Assembly: GCA_017499595.2 (NCBI GenBank)
Contig: CM039007.1
Span: 682,001-746,000 of the forward strand
DNA: 64,000 nucleotides
Origin: Psilocybe cubensis
Taxonomy: Eukaryota
Direction: 5' to 3'
Positions 1 through 11,537 of this stretch are shown in pieces. The number at the start of each line of letters is the position of its first letter. The stretch's first letter is position 1. The notes beneath the pieces were generated by a model, which saw only the letters and a list, made by a program, of their open reading frames with translations, was not told the origin of the DNA and did not search any database. The translations under genes were made by a program, and so were the position numbers.

Positions 1-630
1 ATGACGCGCTTCATTAAATTGCATTTGTTCTTTAACTTGATTTGGTGTACCGAGTGCCTACTTTTCTCGTTTCATGGAGCTCCTCTTGCTTTGCTTGCTC
101 TTTGCCTTTGCTCATCAACGTGTCGCTTCGCCTAGTTCACCTTTTTCGTGTTTTTATGCGTAGTGCGACCATCATCTGTCGGCTTTTTTTTTACATCAAA
201 TTTTGGTCCATCATTTTTTTTGGCGTCTTTAATCCCTTAAGGCAATCGCTCCTGTACAATGGTGTTTGCTCTTGGTACGCTCATCACGCGTAATATCTTA
301 TTCGTGCTGACTTGCTTGTCTCAGTGGCTTCGGGAGTGTGTATGGTATTCGCTAAAGGCGTTTCCACTCATCGCTTTCTATCGTACCGAGCGTTAGTCTT
401 TGCATTTTTCTACTCCGTATCAACTCATGGATTTTATTATCCTTTTTCTCTGTTTTTCATGTTTCTCCAAGTAGTATTTATCATGTTGAATTCTTGTGAT
501 GCTGTCTCATAACCTTTTCTATAAAACCTTGGTTTTTTTTTGTTTAGTGCTTTCCATCTTCGACGCTCTACCTGCCTCGAGCTCTATCATCTACAGTATT
601 CCTAAGTCTCTTTATCGTTTCAATCACATT

Positions 631-3600
631 ATGGTTTCCATCAACTCTGCTTATGCTCCTGCTTCTCCCAAGCCTACATATGCCGATGTGGTTGCTGGTG
701 ATCGCTCGCCCTCTGCTGAATACAAGTAAGCCGTTCCATGTTATTCTATGTACAGTTTATGATTTTAAACGTTGTGCGTTGTAACAGACATCGTCCTGCA
801 AAAGGCATTCGCAACGTCATAATCCACGTCAAACCCGACAACAAAGAAGATTCTTTTTCTGTTGCCACTGACTCTGATGACGGACCGTTAGACAGCGTCG
901 CCTCTCGCATTGCTGCCGCAAAGGTCGTCAAACCGGGGAACAAGACTGTTGCGTACGTGTATCCCATACTATCTTACCCTGTGTCTTCAATCACGCACGT
1001 CGTTTACATGCGTTCCTTCCGTTTTCTTATCTCTGTATTGCAGCGGATCAGATGCGTTGGACAATTTTGTTAGGAAGACCAGGTCAACAAGTGGCTTGTA
1101 TGATTTTAGCTGCACATTCCGCACTTTTTTTCTTTTGTTTTGACTACTTTATTGTCGTTATAGGAAACGCGATATCGAAGATGCTGCGCTCGTTTGTTCC
1201 GATGAGGAGTTGCCGTTAGTGAAATTGCAATCTGATAACCCTTATGTTATGCTGATATTTTGGTTTTGTTATATATTTACCTCAGAGCCCGAATTTCCCC
1301 TCCGAAGAAGAGTCGTACATCCGTCAGCGCGAACGTTGATGCGACTGTCAATCACGTATCTTACTCGAGTGATTCTTCGGTCGAAGTCATTCGAGTCGTC
1401 GATAATTCGTAAGTTTTACTGCTTGTATCAAATCTCGCCATTATTTCGTTCTGCTTAATACCGTTGGATACTCTGAACAGAGCCAACGCCCGATATCAGA
1501 AGGGTATTAGTGATGCCATATTAGTCGATGATTCATCCGCGGATGAAATGGTCTCTGTTCATCCTACCAGCGGGTATGTTTATCATTTACATCTTTTATG
1601 TTATTATGTCATACGTTCTCACATCCGCGTATTACAATTCGTGCTCCTGTCAGAGCAAAACCGAATAAACAGAAAGGCAAGAAGCCACAGAAGACAATGC
1701 CCCAAACGGTCCGTATCAAACAAGAGCCTGGCATTGTCATAAAGCAAGAAGCATCTGCTCGTCCCACGTCCGTATTGCCCTCTGAAGTTATGGTTAAGAA
1801 AGAGTCTGTCGATGTTCATATCCCTCTTGCACCGGATAACGTTGCGTCCACCCCCACAAAGAAAGACAAAGGAAAATCATCCGTTTCAAAGAAGGGCTCT
1901 GTTGGGATTCGTAGATCCGCTCGGCGTTCGGAAGCTGCGATCGAGCGAGTACCGTTCTCTTTTATTCCACATTGCGATTGACTGACGTCCTGCTCTTAGT
2001 CTGTCGGTGTCTCCGCTGAAGATTGGGTCTGAAATTTCTGGATCTGCTGTTTTGTCTCCACCCATTACTTTGCAGGGTGATGCTGATTCTGATATCAACC
2101 CCTTCTTGCCGTCACCTGAAGTCATTTTGGGCACCAAGTATGTGTATGCTCTAAAAGTCTACGTGAGCATCACTTAACTTGATTTACAGAATTCCAGGAA
2201 AAGGCAAATCCATTCGCATTGTTCTTCCCAGCGGTCCAATCGATCTTCACGAAGATGAAGCTATGATGTTTGCGTCAGTAATGTTCATTTGTGGTGTTTT
2301 TCTTTTATCACTTCTTAATCGGGTTTGATCAGGCACGCGGTCAGAGAGAGTCGAATGCATCAGACCACTTATCCATCTTCCAATGCTCTCCCCAGCGGTC
2401 CTTCCTCTAGCAAGTTGCTCAAAGCGCTCGATGATGCGTATGAAAAGTACAGTGAAGCAGATGCTCTTAAAACCGAACATTCGACTTTGGACCCCCCTGT
2501 TCAATTTAAGGCGTCTGTAATAAGGTAAATATCCGTCATGCCAATATATGTGATCGTCTTTATCTACCTTTATTCAACAGTGCCAAATCTATCGACGCGC
2601 ATTCTGATGTGGTTATGGCCAGTCTTTCTGAACAGCCAAAAACTCGACAAGTGCAGTTTCAATCTTCTTTGACAGCTGTTCCAATCAATGCCGCTGTTGA
2701 AGCTCCCCCTACACCTGTCACTCCAGTTCGAGTTCCCCGCAAGTTCAAGGATGTTGTGCCTGCCGGTCCTGTGAACAAAACTCCCAGTCTTGGATTGAAC
2801 GGGCCGGCTCTGATGGAGGATACCATGCGCTTCTCGGTCAAGTAAGTTAACGTACCCATATGTCATCTTCAATCTGTTGTCTGACTTGATTTGTGTCTGA
2901 CCTTAAGACATCTGCCGAAGAAATGCGAAGTTACGAAGACAGATTTACAAGATAGTCTTTTAGAAAGCACTTACGTTGACCTTCCCAATCTTCAGTAAGT
3001 TTTTACCTTCTAAGATAATCGATGTTTTGTTTTGACTATTTCAAGGCATGGTATTCTCAAGCAATGGAACTCGCCTAATGTCATGGCACCAGTCGACTGT
3101 GTTTCTTTTTCTCTCTGCGGTGAGAATTTCCCTGAGATGAATTTTGAGTGAGTTTCGTAAAGCCTTTGCTATACTTTACTTAATGATGCGTATTGCTTAC
3201 TCTCTCTACTATGTTATATAGAAACGCTTATGACGCTGTGACTTTTGTAAGGAACAAGAACTTTATCAATCCTTCGCGGGTTTCGCCTCTGGACGTCAGC
3301 ATCCTGTATATGGGAAACGATCGTAAGCGTGCCACTTTGCAGTGCAACTCGGTGCCTGCTATCTGCCTGAGTGCAATTCTCACCCGCGATTCGTATCTAT
3401 TGGAGCCGATATCCAAAGGACTGTGTAACAAATTTTTGTCTGGTCACATGATGCACCAGGAGTGGGAACGCTTCGCTGGATTTGCTTGCATGGCGTTCGG
3501 ACATCAGGTTATGGTAGCCTCTATCCGTGATAAGGCAATCACCTTTGGCACTATGGGAGTTAAATGTCAGTGGGCACATATGCTTACTTTGTTTTTTTTT

Positions 3601-4038
3601 TCTTTTTGTACTCACTCAGACACTCACTCAAATAGCGGAGCGGGAATCAATCTCTCCTTCAAAACCTCCTAGGACACCCGGCATACTTTCTGGACAGAAA
3701 GATGCCAAACTCCAAGGAGGAAGCCGAAAAGCACTTAAATCAAGCACCAGGTTCAAGACCATGATGGATTCAACCGACACTAGTAAGTTATCAACATTGT
3801 ATGTGCTTCAAACCACTGACAATGTCATATATTAGTTCCCATATATGATTCACGTAACCATGCCTTCAATTTCAACACTGACCTCGACCGGTTAGACGAA
3901 TTGCTACCTAGATGGCGTCGCGGAGAGATTCCACCTAACTCCTTTGTTATGGTGGCGTACACTATGACTCAATACGAGAAGGAACGGTCATTTCATCTGT
4001 GTACCAACATACAGTATGCCGTTGTGAATCTGCTCTGA
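631..4038 (+). CDS. Multi-exon hypothetical protein: low-complexity N-terminus and putative OB-fold/ssDNA-binding-like C-terminus
   Basis: ATG at 631 (MVSINSAYAPASPK) and many short GT-AG introns. Last exon reads VPIYDSRNHAFNFNTDLDRLDELLPRWRRGEIPPNSFVMVAYTMTQYEKERSFHLCTNIQYAVVNLL*. The OB-fold call is inference from the beta-rich pattern. Confidence 0.6.
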
Positions 4039-7000
4039 TAAAATTAACAGATGGTCATGAATGTGGTATATGTTCCACTCATTTATATATCTTTGAGGCA
4101 ATACCTAGTACAGTCAATTCAGAAGAGTCAATCATGCATAATCGTAACCAAAATGTTCTACATAAACGAGCATCTCGAGAACGTCAGAGGCAGGCAGGCG
4201 CAGAATCTGCTAATTCCGATGTTGACATGCTCAACGGTGATGCTTTTGTATCCACATCAGACTCTGACCACACTTCAAACGACCATGTGTTTCCGCCACA
4301 ACCACCGTCAAAGCTTCTGATAGAGGAAATCATCAATGGATTTTGCGCTGATTCATCTGCATCTCTACTGGAGGAAGCAGGCTGCATGGTCTGCGGTCTG
4401 CTGCAGCCTTTGCATAATTTAACTCACTTGTCTATGTTTGATCATCCCCTTGACATACTCGCAGTTGAGGGAGCTACCCGTGTAGAGAGATTACATCCTG
4501 ACGACCCGGTGAAGGACATCCCGGGCCCTGTGATCGATCCTGCATGTAACCATGTATGCGATACTTGCTCTGCTGCGTTGAAAAAAGGTCATGTGCCGAG
4601 ACATTCGCTTGCAAATCATTTGTGGTTAGGTAAAATACCTTCTCAGCTGCAAGATCTTTCGTTTGCAGAGCGCATGATGATTGCTCGCATTCGGCATAAT
4701 CGCTGTCTGGTCAGAGTTTCCTCTGGGCGGGCTAAAATGACAGCAAATGTCATCATGTACTCTAATCCAACGCTGAAAGTGTATCATGAATTACCTCCTT
4801 CAAAGCCAGAACTTGACGAGGTACTTGCCTTTATATTTACAGGACCAACCCAACCCACGGAAGAAGAGTTCAAGCGTAGTCCAATGCTAGTGCGTCGCAA
4901 TAAGGTCGCAGATGCTCTGGAATGGTTGAAACTTAACCATAAGGATTATATTGATCTTGAAATATCCAAGAAAAATCTCCAGTCTTACCCGCTGATAGGT
5001 GTCCCCGTAGCTGTAGACTACAGACAGCGCAACGGTACTAATCGTATGGAGTCTACAATGAGTCTACACGACGAAGGCGAAGATGAAGGAACTGTAGACG
5101 GACCTTGTCCGTTTACTGTCCATGGCTTGAGTGGAACAGACTATGGCAATATGTCCATACAAGCTTTGAAGGCAAAAGCCTTGCAACACATAGAAAATGA
5201 AGGCAAAATGCTAGCTATTGGGCATGATCCAAAACCGCAGTCTATGTACGATAATCCTCAGGCCTATCCGCAGATGTTCCCTTGGCTATTTCCTTACGGT
5301 TATGGTGGAATAGGTCAGCATTGTCATAAGCGTAAACTTTCAGAGTCAGAACATAAGCGAATACTGCTTATGCACCATGATAAGCGTTTCCAGCGCGACC
5401 TTTATTTTCCTATTATTGCATTCAATCACGAGCAACTGAAAGGTGGCGTTACTGGTAGCTTTCTTGTTGCAAAACGCCGTAATTTTGATGCGATATCTAA
5501 AAGATTGCTCTCTATAGACAAAACGGTTCTTCAAGACATTTCCTCTCGTCTTGTAAATGGGGACCATGTATCACCTGAAACAGACAGTGAGAAAGACTGT
5601 TACAAACTTTTAGATGATCTTGACCACGTTGGAGGATATGTTAAAGGGTCAATCACGTCTAAAAAGTATATGCGCAATGAGATATGGTCTTTGCTTTCTT
5701 TCAAAGGTTGCCCAATATGGTTTATAACCTTGTCACCTGCCGATAACAGACATCCTATATCAATATATTATGCCAAAGAACAGCTGACCTTTACACCAGA
5801 CATATTACCTTCTTCTGAAAGGAATAGACTGGTTGCACAGAATCCCGTATCGGCTGCCCGTTTTTTTCATCTCATAATTGAATTGTTTATTAAACACGTG
5901 CTAGGCGTCGGATCCAATATTCATCGAGGTTTGTATGGTAAAACTTCAGCGTACTATGGTACGGTAGAACAGCAGGGAAGACTCACCTTACATTTGCATA
6001 TGTTACTATGGATTGAGAATTGCTTGTCTCCACAGCAAATCCGTGACCGTATTATGAACAACGACTCTGCATTTCAGGCGAGCCTTCTATCATATTTGGA
6101 AGGCTGTCATCAAGGCGAATTTCTTACAGGAAACATGCAGACTGTTAAAGACCGCGTGCCACATATTTACGACAAAGAAATTGATGGACTTCATTCAATT
6201 ATACAAGAGGATGACGAGGCTGTAAATTCCAGTTACGCAGATCCGACTCTAACACTCCCTATACCGGTAGAACATGCTTGTCAAGATTCCAATGGTCCGG
6301 ACCACTGCACATCATGCATTTCTAATGCTGAATGGTGGGACAATTACGAAACTACAGTCGATGATATCATATTGAAGTCCAATGTGCACAGATGCACTGT
6401 TTCATACGGTCAGCAAATTGATGACCCTGACGGATCAAAAGGTATAAAAAATATGCCTAAGGGCCCGAAAGGTTGCCTGGATTGGAATGGAAATTGTAAA
6501 GCACGATTTCCGCGAAGGCTGTACGAACAGTCTCAAGTCGATCACGTCGACGGTCACATATTTTTGAAAAAGTTGGAAGCGATGTTAAATACCTTTACTC
6601 TTCCGCTGTCGTACCTCACAAGAAGTAATACCGACGTGACATGTCTGTTGTCGGGTACTTCGATAAAAGCAATAATATATTATATATCAGACTATATTAG
6701 CAAACCCGCATTGAAAACGTATCAGATATTTACCTCTATGTATGACGTGTTTGAACGTGAAGAAAAAAAAGTTAAAGACGATGTCAAGATTGAAGGTAAA
6801 GACGCAGGCAGAAGGTTGATGCTTAAAATTGTCAACTCTCTGTCTTCTAAGATGGAGATAGGTTCTCCGATGGCCTCCTTGTATTTATTGGGCAACCCTG
6901 ATCATTACACTGATCATACCTTTGTACCTTTTTGGTGGAGAAGTTTTGTAAGTGACGCAAGGAGCAGTCATAAATCCGGTATCACTGATGACCAAGCCGC

Positions 7001-8339
7001 CCACCTACCTACCGTAGAGGATCTAGAAAATGCTGAAGATGAAGAACAGAAAGTTATATTAGCTCGACATGACGGTCATTATGTAGGTTCTAGTAATGTA
7101 GATGATTATAAATACCGCCCAGTCACTCAAGAAGACATGTCTCTATTCGACTGGATTAGATCTTATGAGCGCCGTAAGCTCACTAAAAATGAAATGGAGC
7201 GTTTGCGTAGTGAAACACTCACCTTCGAAGATGATCATGCGTCCGACATACGTGAAGGCGGGGGGATGGAAGATTTCATTGATGCATGTCTTGGTATACC
7301 TGCAGATGATGATTCTGATCAACGTGTTAAATATGACGGTGTGCGAAAAAATATTAAAATAAACAAAAGAAGTTTTGAACGTTTCACTGAGGAGCACCCT
7401 CTTTATTCCACTCACGTAGTCAAATGTGACTCATCCCGAGCGCACAATATTGTCCCCAATTTTCTAGGCGGTCCCCTTCCACGGCGCGACAAAGGCGACA
7501 GAGAGTATTATTGTTGCAGTATGCTGACCTTGTTCAAACCTTGGAGGTCTGGGTTAGATTTGAAATCATTGCATCAGACTTGGGAACATGCATTCACCAT
7601 TTACGCTTTTTCCGACCGACAGTTGAAACTAATGGATAACTTTAATCTGCGATATGAATGTTTAGACGACAGAGACGATTTTCACGCACAGTTAAGAAGG
7701 AAAGACGGAGAACAACAAGATGTTTACACGGATGAACTCTATCCTGATGGTTGCGGTCTCGACGATCAATACAACGACTTTGTCGGCCTTGAATTCGGTG
7801 AAGATCATTTAGATTATGAAGAGATTGGTGAGGCATACCGCAGAGAGGTGTTGTTAAAGCGAGAAGTAGATGGCATCATACAATCTGCAGGATTGTTTTC
7901 TAACGCCTCTAGCGATGTTACATGTCAAGAAGTCAGCATGTTCAGGCCTGCTGAATACAAGACGCATACGAGCTGGGCATCTCTAATAAAAGCTGAAAAA
8001 ATTAGACTGTTTAAACAGAAGTTGTCCGGTTACGTGCCTTCAGATCCCTCAGATGATATAACAAACATTCATATTTCCAACGAAGAGTCTACTAATGACG
8101 TCAAAGTAGTTTCTTCGGATTATCTGCTCAGGTCGTACAAGGCAAAGCAAATGGAACATAATGTGTTAGTAGATTCTACAGTCGCCGATTTCACCTTGAA
8201 TACGGAACAGGAAAGGGCTTTCCGTATTGTTGCCAATCACGCTAGTTTGCTGTCGCCTGGTCAGCTGAGGATGCATCTCGGTGGCATGGGCGGGTACTGG
8301 CAAAAGTCAAGTGATCAAATCTATCATTCATATGTTTGA
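3999..8339 (+). CDS. Helitron RepHel, N-terminal part: Zn-binding/DUF6570-like region and HUH Y2 Rep endonuclease
   Basis: CMVCG...CDTC and ANHLWLGKIPSQLQDLSFAERMMIARIR; Rep motif 1 WFITLSPAD; motif 2 YYGTVEQQGRLTLHLHMLLW (HUH); motif 3 YISDYISK (two Tyr). Intronless 1446-codon ORF; true start uncertain (first ATG 4133). Confidence 0.93.
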   Translation: MYQHTVCRCESALIKLTDGHECGICSTHLYIFEAIPSTVNSEESIMHNRNQNVLHKRASRERQRQAGAESANSDVDMLNGDAFVSTSDSDHTSNDHVFPPQPPSKLLIEEIINGFCADSSASLLEEAGCMVCGLLQPLHNLTHLSMFDHPLDILAVEGATRVERLHPDDPVKDIPGPVIDPACNHVCDTCSAALKKGHVPRHSLANHLWLGKIPSQLQDLSFAERMMIARIRHNRCLVRVSSGRAKMTANVIMYSNPTLKVYHELPPSKPELDEVLAFIFTGPTQPTEEEFKRSPMLVRRNKVADALEWLKLNHKDYIDLEISKKNLQSYPLIGVPVAVDYRQRNGTNRMESTMSLHDEGEDEGTVDGPCPFTVHGLSGTDYGNMSIQALKAKALQHIENEGKMLAIGHDPKPQSMYDNPQAYPQMFPWLFPYGYGGIGQHCHKRKLSESEHKRILLMHHDKRFQRDLYFPIIAFNHEQLKGGVTGSFLVAKRRNFDAISKRLLSIDKTVLQDISSRLVNGDHVSPETDSEKDCYKLLDDLDHVGGYVKGSITSKKYMRNEIWSLLSFKGCPIWFITLSPADNRHPISIYYAKEQLTFTPDILPSSERNRLVAQNPVSAARFFHLIIELFIKHVLGVGSNIHRGLYGKTSAYYGTVEQQGRLTLHLHMLLWIENCLSPQQIRDRIMNNDSAFQASLLSYLEGCHQGEFLTGNMQTVKDRVPHIYDKEIDGLHSIIQEDDEAVNSSYADPTLTLPIPVEHACQDSNGPDHCTSCISNAEWWDNYETTVDDIILKSNVHRCTVSYGQQIDDPDGSKGIKNMPKGPKGCLDWNGNCKARFPRRLYEQSQVDHVDGHIFLKKLEAMLNTFTLPLSYLTRSNTDVTCLLSGTSIKAIIYYISDYISKPALKTYQIFTSMYDVFEREEKKVKDDVKIEGKDAGRRLMLKIVNSLSSKMEIGSPMASLYLLGNPDHYTDHTFVPFWWRSFVSDARSSHKSGITDDQAAHLPTVEDLENAEDEEQKVILARHDGHYVGSSNVDDYKYRPVTQEDMSLFDWIRSYERRKLTKNEMERLRSETLTFEDDHASDIREGGGMEDFIDACLGIPADDDSDQRVKYDGVRKNIKINKRSFERFTEEHPLYSTHVVKCDSSRAHNIVPNFLGGPLPRRDKGDREYYCCSMLTLFKPWRSGLDLKSLHQTWEHAFTIYAFSDRQLKLMDNFNLRYECLDDRDDFHAQLRRKDGEQQDVYTDELYPDGCGLDDQYNDFVGLEFGEDHLDYEEIGEAYRREVLLKREVDGIIQSAGLFSNASSDVTCQEVSMFRPAEYKTHTSWASLIKAEKIRLFKQKLSGYVPSDPSDDITNIHISNEESTNDVKVVSSDYLLRSYKAKQMEHNVLVDSTVADFTLNTEQERAFRIVANHASLLSPGQLRMHLGGMGGYWQKSSDQIYHSYV

Positions 8340-10935
8340 GTCGAGAGGCGAATCTCACCGATTTGTGGTTCTCGCACCCACAGGTACCGCTGCTGCACTC
8401 CTCAACGGATCTACTTATCACAGTGTATTAGGAATACGGTCCAAGTCGGATCGTGGTCAAGACTTTTCAAAAAACGAAGTCGCAGTAATAAATGACGTAC
8501 GAGCTCGATTAAAGGGTGTCAAGTATATCTTTATTGATGAAATATCTATGCTGTCGTCGAGGGATTTATATGCCATTAGTAGACGTCTGTCACAAGTGTT
8601 TAACGACGATACACTGTTCGGAGGTATATCAATGATCTTAGCTGGTGACTTCGCTCAGCTACCGCCGGTAGGTAATCTCCCCTTTTATAGTCCTTCCATT
8701 AAACATACGCAAGACGCTCGCATGAAGGTGTCCGAGCAAGAAGCTACTCTAGGCAAGATATTCTGGCACCAATTCACGACTGTCGTTATTCTAAAACAAA
8801 ACATGAGACAAAAAACGCAGACTGAGGAAGACGCAAAGTTGCGCACTGCACTTGAAAACATGCGGTATGCCGCCTGTACAGACGCTGATATATCGTTCCT
8901 CAAGTCAAGGTTAGCTTCTAAACTGACGACTATTGAAGGTAAACCTATATTGACTGACCCTGCTTTTCGCAACGTATCTGTTATCACTGCGTGGAATAAT
9001 CAAAAGGATAGGTTCAATGAGCAGGGCATCGCAAGATACGCTAAAGAGAGCGGACGTACATTGCATCATTTTTTCTCTGTCGATAGTCTGGGTACACAAG
9101 AAGGAGAAACTCGCAGGCCTCGCGGACGACCATCAGGATCGTCTAAAGCAACCAAACAGACAAAGATGTCCCAGCGTCTTCAGGAAGCCCTATGGGGTCG
9201 CAGCGCCTGTTCTAGCGAACAAGTGCCAGCAAAACTTTCTCTGTGCGTAGGTCTGCCAGTTATGATACGGCATAACGACGCCACAGAGTTGTGTATCACT
9301 AAAGGACAGGAGGCTGTCGTCGTAGGATGGGAATCTTCTGTTGGTGCGTTTGGTAGACCTGTACTTGATACGCTGTTCGTGGAATTAATCAGACCGCCGA
9401 ACCCTGTATCATTAGCTGACTTGCCTGTTAATGTTGTTCCACTTACGCGAACGTCGTCTCGAGTAACATGTACTCTCAAGTCTGGCACAAAAATCAATGT
9501 AAACCGCCAGCAGGTATTAGTGCTGCCCAATTTTGCCATGACCGATTATTCGTCTCAAGGTAAGACGCGAGATTATAACTTGATACATTTAGATCATTGT
9601 AAGGATCATTCGTCTTATTACACCTGTGTATCTAGAAGTTCGAACGCCAGTGGTACCATCTTACTCGGTAGATTCGATGCGTCTAAGATTACAAAGGGTA
9701 TTAGTGGGCACCTGCGCCAGGAATTCCGTGAACTCAATATATTAGATCATATCACCACCATGAAATACAATGGACAGCTTCCAGACGGCGTGTTGCATGG
9801 ATTAAGGAATCCGACAATTCGGTCTTTCATGCTTCTCGACGTATCGCAATCCATTGGTACAGACTGGCATCCTACCTTGGCAGTCTCTTCATCAAAGCAG
9901 CTTATCAGAACTCCGGAAAAGGACGGCACCTGGTCTCTCAACAGTGTTAAGGCAATTGTCACCGACAGGGCAAAAGATAAGCGCAATAAGCGCCAACCAA
10001 TTCGCTCAGACTGTATAGGACCGAGGAAACGAATGTTGCTAAGCACACCCTCCGAGTTTGCGGTCCTACCTGTAGGTACAAAGTGGGACGCGGACAACTA
10101 CAGTTGCAGTTACGACTCCATCTTTACCGTGTTATATAACCTATGGATAAGTGCACCTGAGATGTGGACCAATAGATTCAGTGATTTGACACCGTTATTA
10201 GACAGACTCAGCGGACAATTCGCACTTGTGCAGAATGGATCAATTTCTCTAGAGAGCGCACGAAACGACGTCAGAAACGATATGCACTCACGCAGCCCGC
10301 TTGATTTTCCTATGGGTCCAAATATGACATACATTGACAGAGTTATGACCGCTGTGATGGGCCAGCGATCTTCTGGAATGTCTGTTCTCGTGTGCAGTAA
10401 ATGCGGCTACAATGACCAAAGACCCGTAATGCGACTAGGCGAATATATAAGTGTGGCACGCACTGGCGTTTTCCACGACGACTCCCAGGAGGTGTCTTCT
10501 ATTTCAGACAGTTTAGGTTTTAACCTGAGCGATGCTCAACGATTGAGTTCGAAGAATTGCCCTTCGTGTGCACAAAATCAGCATATCGTATATATGTCGC
10601 TATGCCATAAGGTTGAACGATTACCTTACATTATGACAGTGGATATATGCTCGCCACGGTTTGCTATAAACCCTGATATTATGTTCAAATCGGATAGTTT
10701 CAACGTAGAGTATAAGCTTACTGGGGTTGTCTACGGCGGGCAACATCATTTTGTTTCTCGGTATGTTGACCTGCAAGGGGACGTGTGGTTCCACGACGGC
10801 ATTACTACTGGAAATAGATGCGTAAAGGAGGGTAATGTTCATGACCTTGTTAATGATGTATCTCAATGGCTACGCATTTCCGTAAATGGGGGAAACTTGA
10901 AACATGCATTGTATGCTATTTACGCGAGGGAATAA
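8281..10935 (+). CDS. Helitron RepHel, C-terminal part: PIF1-family SF1B helicase plus C-terminal papain-fold/USP-like peptidase domain (frameshifted from Rep ORF)
   Basis: Walker A GTGKS, APTGTAA, Walker B IDEISML, AGDFAQLPPV, LKQNMRQ, MTDYSSQGKT, YTCVSRS. C-terminal NYSCSYDS...GGQHHFVSR...WFHDG. Confidence 0.92.
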   Translation: MAWAGTGKSQVIKSIIHMFESRGESHRFVVLAPTGTAAALLNGSTYHSVLGIRSKSDRGQDFSKNEVAVINDVRARLKGVKYIFIDEISMLSSRDLYAISRRLSQVFNDDTLFGGISMILAGDFAQLPPVGNLPFYSPSIKHTQDARMKVSEQEATLGKIFWHQFTTVVILKQNMRQKTQTEEDAKLRTALENMRYAACTDADISFLKSRLASKLTTIEGKPILTDPAFRNVSVITAWNNQKDRFNEQGIARYAKESGRTLHHFFSVDSLGTQEGETRRPRGRPSGSSKATKQTKMSQRLQEALWGRSACSSEQVPAKLSLCVGLPVMIRHNDATELCITKGQEAVVVGWESSVGAFGRPVLDTLFVELIRPPNPVSLADLPVNVVPLTRTSSRVTCTLKSGTKINVNRQQVLVLPNFAMTDYSSQGKTRDYNLIHLDHCKDHSSYYTCVSRSSNASGTILLGRFDASKITKGISGHLRQEFRELNILDHITTMKYNGQLPDGVLHGLRNPTIRSFMLLDVSQSIGTDWHPTLAVSSSKQLIRTPEKDGTWSLNSVKAIVTDRAKDKRNKRQPIRSDCIGPRKRMLLSTPSEFAVLPVGTKWDADNYSCSYDSIFTVLYNLWISAPEMWTNRFSDLTPLLDRLSGQFALVQNGSISLESARNDVRNDMHSRSPLDFPMGPNMTYIDRVMTAVMGQRSSGMSVLVCSKCGYNDQRPVMRLGEYISVARTGVFHDDSQEVSSISDSLGFNLSDAQRLSSKNCPSCAQNQHIVYMSLCHKVERLPYIMTVDICSPRFAINPDIMFKSDSFNVEYKLTGVVYGGQHHFVSRYVDLQGDVWFHDGITTGNRCVKEGNVHDLVNDVSQWLRISVNGGNLKHALYAIYARE

Positions 10936-11537
10936 GATGAAAATTTATCCAAAGTGTTTTATGGTTATGGAGGCCTCAGTTGATACATGCTCAGATAACA
11001 ACTGTTTATATTCATATCAGTATGGTATTTATCGTTCGATAGTGTCGCAGCGTATCAGTCTATTAGACTCAGCTGTATAATCTGAACCCATAGACTACAT
11101 TGCATCGAGCATCGTGTGGTTGAAAGGACGATCCAAAAGCGTGGGAGAATGTCGTACATGTTCCTTTAATACCTTCGCATCAAAGGGATATCGGAACTTG
11201 CCGAAATTTCGTTCACCGCTCTGTTTAAGAACTGTGCCTATCCGACTTGAACACCTTTTTCGACGTTGTCATTTGCTGCCACATCGTACCAGTATTCGTA
11301 TCTTCAAGGCTAATATACAATATTTGTTAGGCTGTAGGTTATATTACGATATATGATAGAAATATTGATGGTATTCTAAATGTGTTCAAATCGATAGTTC
11401 ATTTTGAAGAACACCTTAAACCTGTCAGCGACTGCTTTGCAGAGTCGTTGCTTTAGTATGTCTATATCTACTCACGCAATGCTATACATATAAACGGCAA
11501 ATTTTTAATTTTTTTTCTGCTTCTTTTTAGACTACCT

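Noticed and set aside
8281-8300. Programmed -1 frameshift signal
   Set aside because: No X XXY YYZ slippery heptamer at the junction, and the needed shift is +1; an indel is simpler.
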